From the NCBI GenBank assembly GCA_043803205.1, contig JAZDKG010000192.1:3038-67037 (forward strand): a DNA stretch of 64,000 nt. Reading direction: 5' to 3'. Below, piece after piece: positions 60,589 through 64,000 of this stretch; position 1 is the first letter of the stretch; each line of letters begins with the position of its first letter. The notes under the pieces are model-generated. The model did no database searches. It worked only from the letters and a program-made list of their open reading frames with translations, and was not told the origin of the DNA. The position numbers and the translations under genes were made by a program. The DNA comes from Planctomycetota bacterium. Lineage in GTDB: Bacteria > Planctomycetota > DG-23 > JAZDKG01.

Positions 60589-61896
60589 ATGCGTATGCGG
60601 AAAGGTTTCACCCTTATTGAGCTTCTGGTGGTGATGGTAATCATCGCCCTGCTCGTGGGACTGCTCCTGCCCGCCCTCGGGCGCGCCCGCGAGGAAGCCC
60701 GGAAGACCCAGTGCAGGAGCAACCTGAGACAGATCGGCCTCGCCATCAACATGTACTGCAACGACAACAAGAGCTGGACCCCCGCCGCCTATGGCTGGCG
60801 GATGCTCACCGACACCGGCCTATACATGGTCGATGCGGCCTCAGGGAGCGAGATCGATCGCTTCTCCGTCCAGTTCTACCTCTGGCCCAAGGGCGACTGG
60901 TCCTACAGCGACACCCCCCCGCCGGGAAGGGCCAATTGGGAAGGCAGACACACCCCCCTTGTCCCCTGGTTTGACTGGCGATGGGACGAGATCGGCCCAC
61001 GTTTCACCGCTAAGGGCGGCGGCGGCGCCTGGCCGTCGGGACTCGCGCTTCTCTTCTCGGGCGGCTATCTCACCCAGAAGGGCGGCGCAGTACTGAACTG
61101 CCCCTCCCGATTCGAGCCGGAACAGACCGAGCAGGGGTTCTTCCTCCAGACCATACCCGCCTTCACAAGGGACCAGGCCGACTACTACAACATCCGTATG
61201 AACCAGTCCATCCGCGCCGACATTGACGAGCCCTTCTGGACCTCGGGCGGAAAGGCCGCCTGGACCGACGGCGACCGAATTGGACAGGCGGGCCTGGGGA
61301 TCATCCTCGGGAGCGAAGGTCCGACCCCGAAATGCTACGACATGGGCCGGTGGTTTTTCGGGGAGCAGAGCCGCGCCTACAGCGCCGGCACGGGCGGTAG
61401 AATGGGCGTCTACAATTACAGGTTCGCCGATGTCCTCCCGCTCCCAGCGCCCAGGTGCGATGGAACCGGCGATTCGTACACGTGGAACAGCGGCTACTGC
61501 AACTACATCGGGAGCTACATGGTCCGCCCGGGCGACTCCGGATACAACTGGAACAGCCACAAGCTCGACCGCATCCAGGGCAAGGCCATCGCCTCCGACG
61601 CCATCTGGGGCTGGATCTTCCGCTCGAACATCATGAATCGGGTGAGCAATCCCGTTAACCAGGTAGCGTTTAACCCCAACGTGCGGGAGCTCCTCTACGA
61701 GAGCTTCGTCCGCAACCACGACGCCGCCTACAACGTCCTCTTCACCGACGGCTCGGTGAAGACTTACAGCGACGCGGGGATGAACCTCTACAAGTCCTAC
61801 CTCAGCGAGCAGATCGGGCAGGGTACCGAGCCGAGCTTGACCCGCATCGCCAAGCTCTATCGGCTGTACTTCGACGAGCTCTACGCACAAGACTAG
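60589..61896 (+). CDS. DUF1559-type prepilin-like N-methylation domain protein
   Basis: [48 protein letters not shown]; [25 protein letters not shown]. Confidence 0.9.
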   Translation: MRMRKGFTLIELLVVMVIIALLVGLLLPALGRAREEARKTQCRSNLRQIGLAINMYCNDNKSWTPAAYGWRMLTDTGLYMVDAASGSEIDRFSVQFYLWPKGDWSYSDTPPPGRANWEGRHTPLVPWFDWRWDEIGPRFTAKGGGGAWPSGLALLFSGGYLTQKGGAVLNCPSRFEPEQTEQGFFLQTIPAFTRDQADYYNIRMNQSIRADIDEPFWTSGGKAAWTDGDRIGQAGLGIILGSEGPTPKCYDMGRWFFGEQSRAYSAGTGGRMGVYNYRFADVLPLPAPRCDGTGDSYTWNSGYCNYIGSYMVRPGDSGYNWNSHKLDRIQGKAIASDAIWGWIFRSNIMNRVSNPVNQVAFNPNVRELLYESFVRNHDAAYNVLFTDGSVKTYSDAGMNLYKSYLSEQIGQGTEPSLTRIAKLYRLYFDELYAQD

Positions 61897-61908
61897 ACGG
61901 TTCCATAT

Positions 61909-61942
61909 TCCTCGGGGCGGCCTCTTTCGGCTGCCCCGAGGA
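61909..61942. terminator. Long hairpin between convergent genes
   Basis: TCCTCGGGGCGGCC-tctttc-GGCTGCCCCGAGGA. Confidence 0.7.
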
Positions 61943-62010
61943 TTCTCCCGCCCCCAATCGAAGCCGATTGCCCTACGCGCCCAGAGGTGTGTATCTGTGG
62001 AGCCTTCGCC

Positions 62011-63933
62011 TCATTTCTCCCGGAGCGTGTCGGCGAGAGCCGGATCAAGGCGCAGCCCGAGTTCCCCTGCCCTCTCGAGATGCGTCCGCGCAAGCGCCCT
62101 CTGGCCCCGCGCGGAGAAAGCCAGCGCCAATTGCAGGTGTGCTTGCGGATCGTCCGGTGCAAGCCGGACGGCCTTAAGCAGGACCGTAAGCGCGTTTTCC
62201 ATGTCCCCTTTCCTCAGGTACGCTCCTCCCAGGTTGGTGTATGCGTTGGCGTACTCGGGATCGATCTCGATGGCCTGTCGGTACGCCCAAATCGCTTGGC
62301 CAATCTCGCCTTTGTGCACCCAGGCGTTTCCAAGGTTGTTGTGGGCGCGGGCGTACCGGGGGTTGATTCGGATGGCTTCCTTGTGCTCGGCGATTGCCCG
62401 GTCCGCATCCCCCATTGAGAGATACGCGTTGCCGAGGTTGTCGTGCGCTTCAGCATAGTCCGGCCGGATCACGATCGCCGCCTCGAAATGGGACATCGCC
62501 TCCGCCATGTCGCCGCTCTTTGCCTGGGCGTATCCGAGGTTGAGATGGGCGGTCGAGCATCGGGAGTCGTGTCTTAGGGCGTGGGTCCACAGACTTACGT
62601 TGTCCTTCCAGACCCCCGCCTGTCTCCAGGTGAGGAAACCGAGCGTCGAGATCCCCGCGGCGGCGACCCAGGGAAGGATCTTCCTAACACGCCGGACTGC
62701 GTCCGCCGGAACGGCGCACCTCGTGATCGTCCAGCCCATGAGGAGCGCCAACGGCATCGACGCCAGGTAGGTGAAACGGTCTGCCGCCGCCTGTCGGCCG
62801 TTCTGAACGATCCCGCTCACCGGAGAAAGCAGGATCAGATACGCGAGCCATGCGGCAAGGACGCCGGAGAGCCGTCTCCGCCACGCCGCAAGAAGCACCG
62901 TGATCCCCAAAGCCAGGGCGCCGCTCAGGACATATTTCATGTCCCAGGGAGAAAAGGAAACGGGGATCTCGTACATGGGGACCAGGCCAAGCGGCATGAT
63001 GGTCTTGCGCAGATAGAAGAGGACGCCCCAGGCAACCAAGGCGAGCCGGTCAAGAACCCATAGAGTCTTGATGGATTCCAGCGCACCCACGTGCAGTTGC
63101 CCCACCGCTGCCAGGCACGCGGTTGGCACGGCCAATGCGAGAAAAGGGATCTTCTCCAGCACAATCCGCTTCGCCGCCTTCCGGCGCTGTGCCCCCGGCG
63201 GGACCTTCAGCCTCCCCAACGGATAGAGGTCGAGCACGAACAAGACGGCCGGCGCCGTCATCGCAATCCCCTTCGCCAAGAGCGATAAACCGTAGAATCC
63301 TGTGGAGCCTGCCAGCCACCATCGCCGTGTTCGTGCGTTTGCGGCCCGTGCTGCGGCGACATACGCAAGGACCGTGAGCAGGAAAAACACGCCTGCCAGG
63401 ACCTCGCGCCGCTCGGTTGCCCAGACAACTGCTTCCACGCGCAGCGGATGCACTCCCCACAAGAGAGCGCAACACGCGGCCCCATACGAGAGGTGCTCTA
63501 GTCGATCTCCTTTCAGGGCATCCGTTGTCGTCGCCAGCAGTCTGAGGGCGAGTACGAAGAGCAGGCCCGCGCTCGTCGCGTGCAGAAGCAGATTCGTCAG
63601 ATGGAAGCCGAATGGATCGAGCCCCCAAACCTTGTAGTCGATGGCGTACGACAGCCAGGCCAAAGGCTGATAGTGACCGTAGTGAAACGTCGTGAACATC
63701 CACTTGAGATTCGCCGACCCAAGTCCGCGGTACCGGATGTTCTCGATCAAGGTCGCCTGATCGTCCCACCGCAGGAACCCGTTCGACAGCGCGGGCAGGA
63801 AAGCAAGGAACGTAGCCGTGGCCACGCCGAGAGCCCAAAAGGGTGTGCTGTTCCGGCGCCGCCGTTGCCTCGCTGGTGCGCATTGGCCTGAGTTCTTCGG
63901 ACACTGTCTGCTTTGTCTGGACTGTGCCTCCAA
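62011..63933 (-). CDS. TMTC-like multi-pass membrane protein (GT-C fold) with C-terminal TPR repeats
   Basis: FLRWDD, YQPL..LSY.ID, HLTNLLLH, HPLRVEAVVW..ER, ADRFTYL, W.DNVSLW, then TPRs (AHLNLG, AHDNLGN, AHNNLGN). Start uncertain. Confidence 0.85.
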   Translation of the reverse strand: MEAQSRQSRQCPKNSGQCAPARQRRRRNSTPFWALGVATATFLAFLPALSNGFLRWDDQATLIENIRYRGLGSANLKWMFTTFHYGHYQPLAWLSYAIDYKVWGLDPFGFHLTNLLLHATSAGLLFVLALRLLATTTDALKGDRLEHLSYGAACCALLWGVHPLRVEAVVWATERREVLAGVFFLLTVLAYVAAARAANARTRRWWLAGSTGFYGLSLLAKGIAMTAPAVLFVLDLYPLGRLKVPPGAQRRKAAKRIVLEKIPFLALAVPTACLAAVGQLHVGALESIKTLWVLDRLALVAWGVLFYLRKTIMPLGLVPMYEIPVSFSPWDMKYVLSGALALGITVLLAAWRRRLSGVLAAWLAYLILLSPVSGIVQNGRQAAADRFTYLASMPLALLMGWTITRCAVPADAVRRVRKILPWVAAAGISTLGFLTWRQAGVWKDNVSLWTHALRHDSRCSTAHLNLGYAQAKSGDMAEAMSHFEAAIVIRPDYAEAHDNLGNAYLSMGDADRAIAEHKEAIRINPRYARAHNNLGNAWVHKGEIGQAIWAYRQAIEIDPEYANAYTNLGGAYLRKGDMENALTVLLKAVRLAPDDPQAHLQLALAFSARGQRALARTHLERAGELGLRLDPALADTLREK

Positions 63934-64000
63934 GAGCTCCGGCTCCTCTATCGGTCTTGTGTAGGAGACCCCGAATACTCTCCGGCGGCGCGCTCGGCTG

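Noticed and set aside
49076-61896. Diversity-generating retroelement acting on the DUF1559 genes
   Set aside because: No reverse transcriptase or template/variable repeat pair seen in the window.

Overview
High-GC bacterial chromosome segment, most likely from an anaerobic Planctomycetota-like lineage. The clues are two DUF1559 prepilin-like genes, an orphan FlgI-like lipoprotein beside smc, a class III RNR and a Re-citrate-synthase-like enzyme. Housekeeping genes (nrdR-nrdD-redoxin-nrdG, smc, pfkA, serA, clpX, rsmA, ribE, tRNA-Leu(TAG)) are mixed with glycan-utilisation genes (GH20-like, GH123-like, sialidase-like, Gfo/Idh/MocA, aldolase, LacI). No CRISPR array, rRNA, integrase or transposase was seen. 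Best candidate for an undescribed system: a five-gene putative polyphosphate module at 11.9-16.1 kb, with two tandem atypical thymidylate-kinase-fold proteins, a CHAD protein, a ROK kinase and a stand-alone Ppx HD domain. Other leads: a lower-GC Cap15-like TM/beta-barrel gene abutting a decayed JAB-like remnant beside the tRNA; a SulP-STAS-membrane-winged-helix fusion; a circularly permuted CBM nested in another CBM; paired pilin-like proteins with a constant frame and variable loops; and a full sigma54 enhancer architecture over three Hsp20 genes. Four single-base frameshifts at short base runs look like assembly errors. All family calls come from reading motifs by eye; no searches were run.
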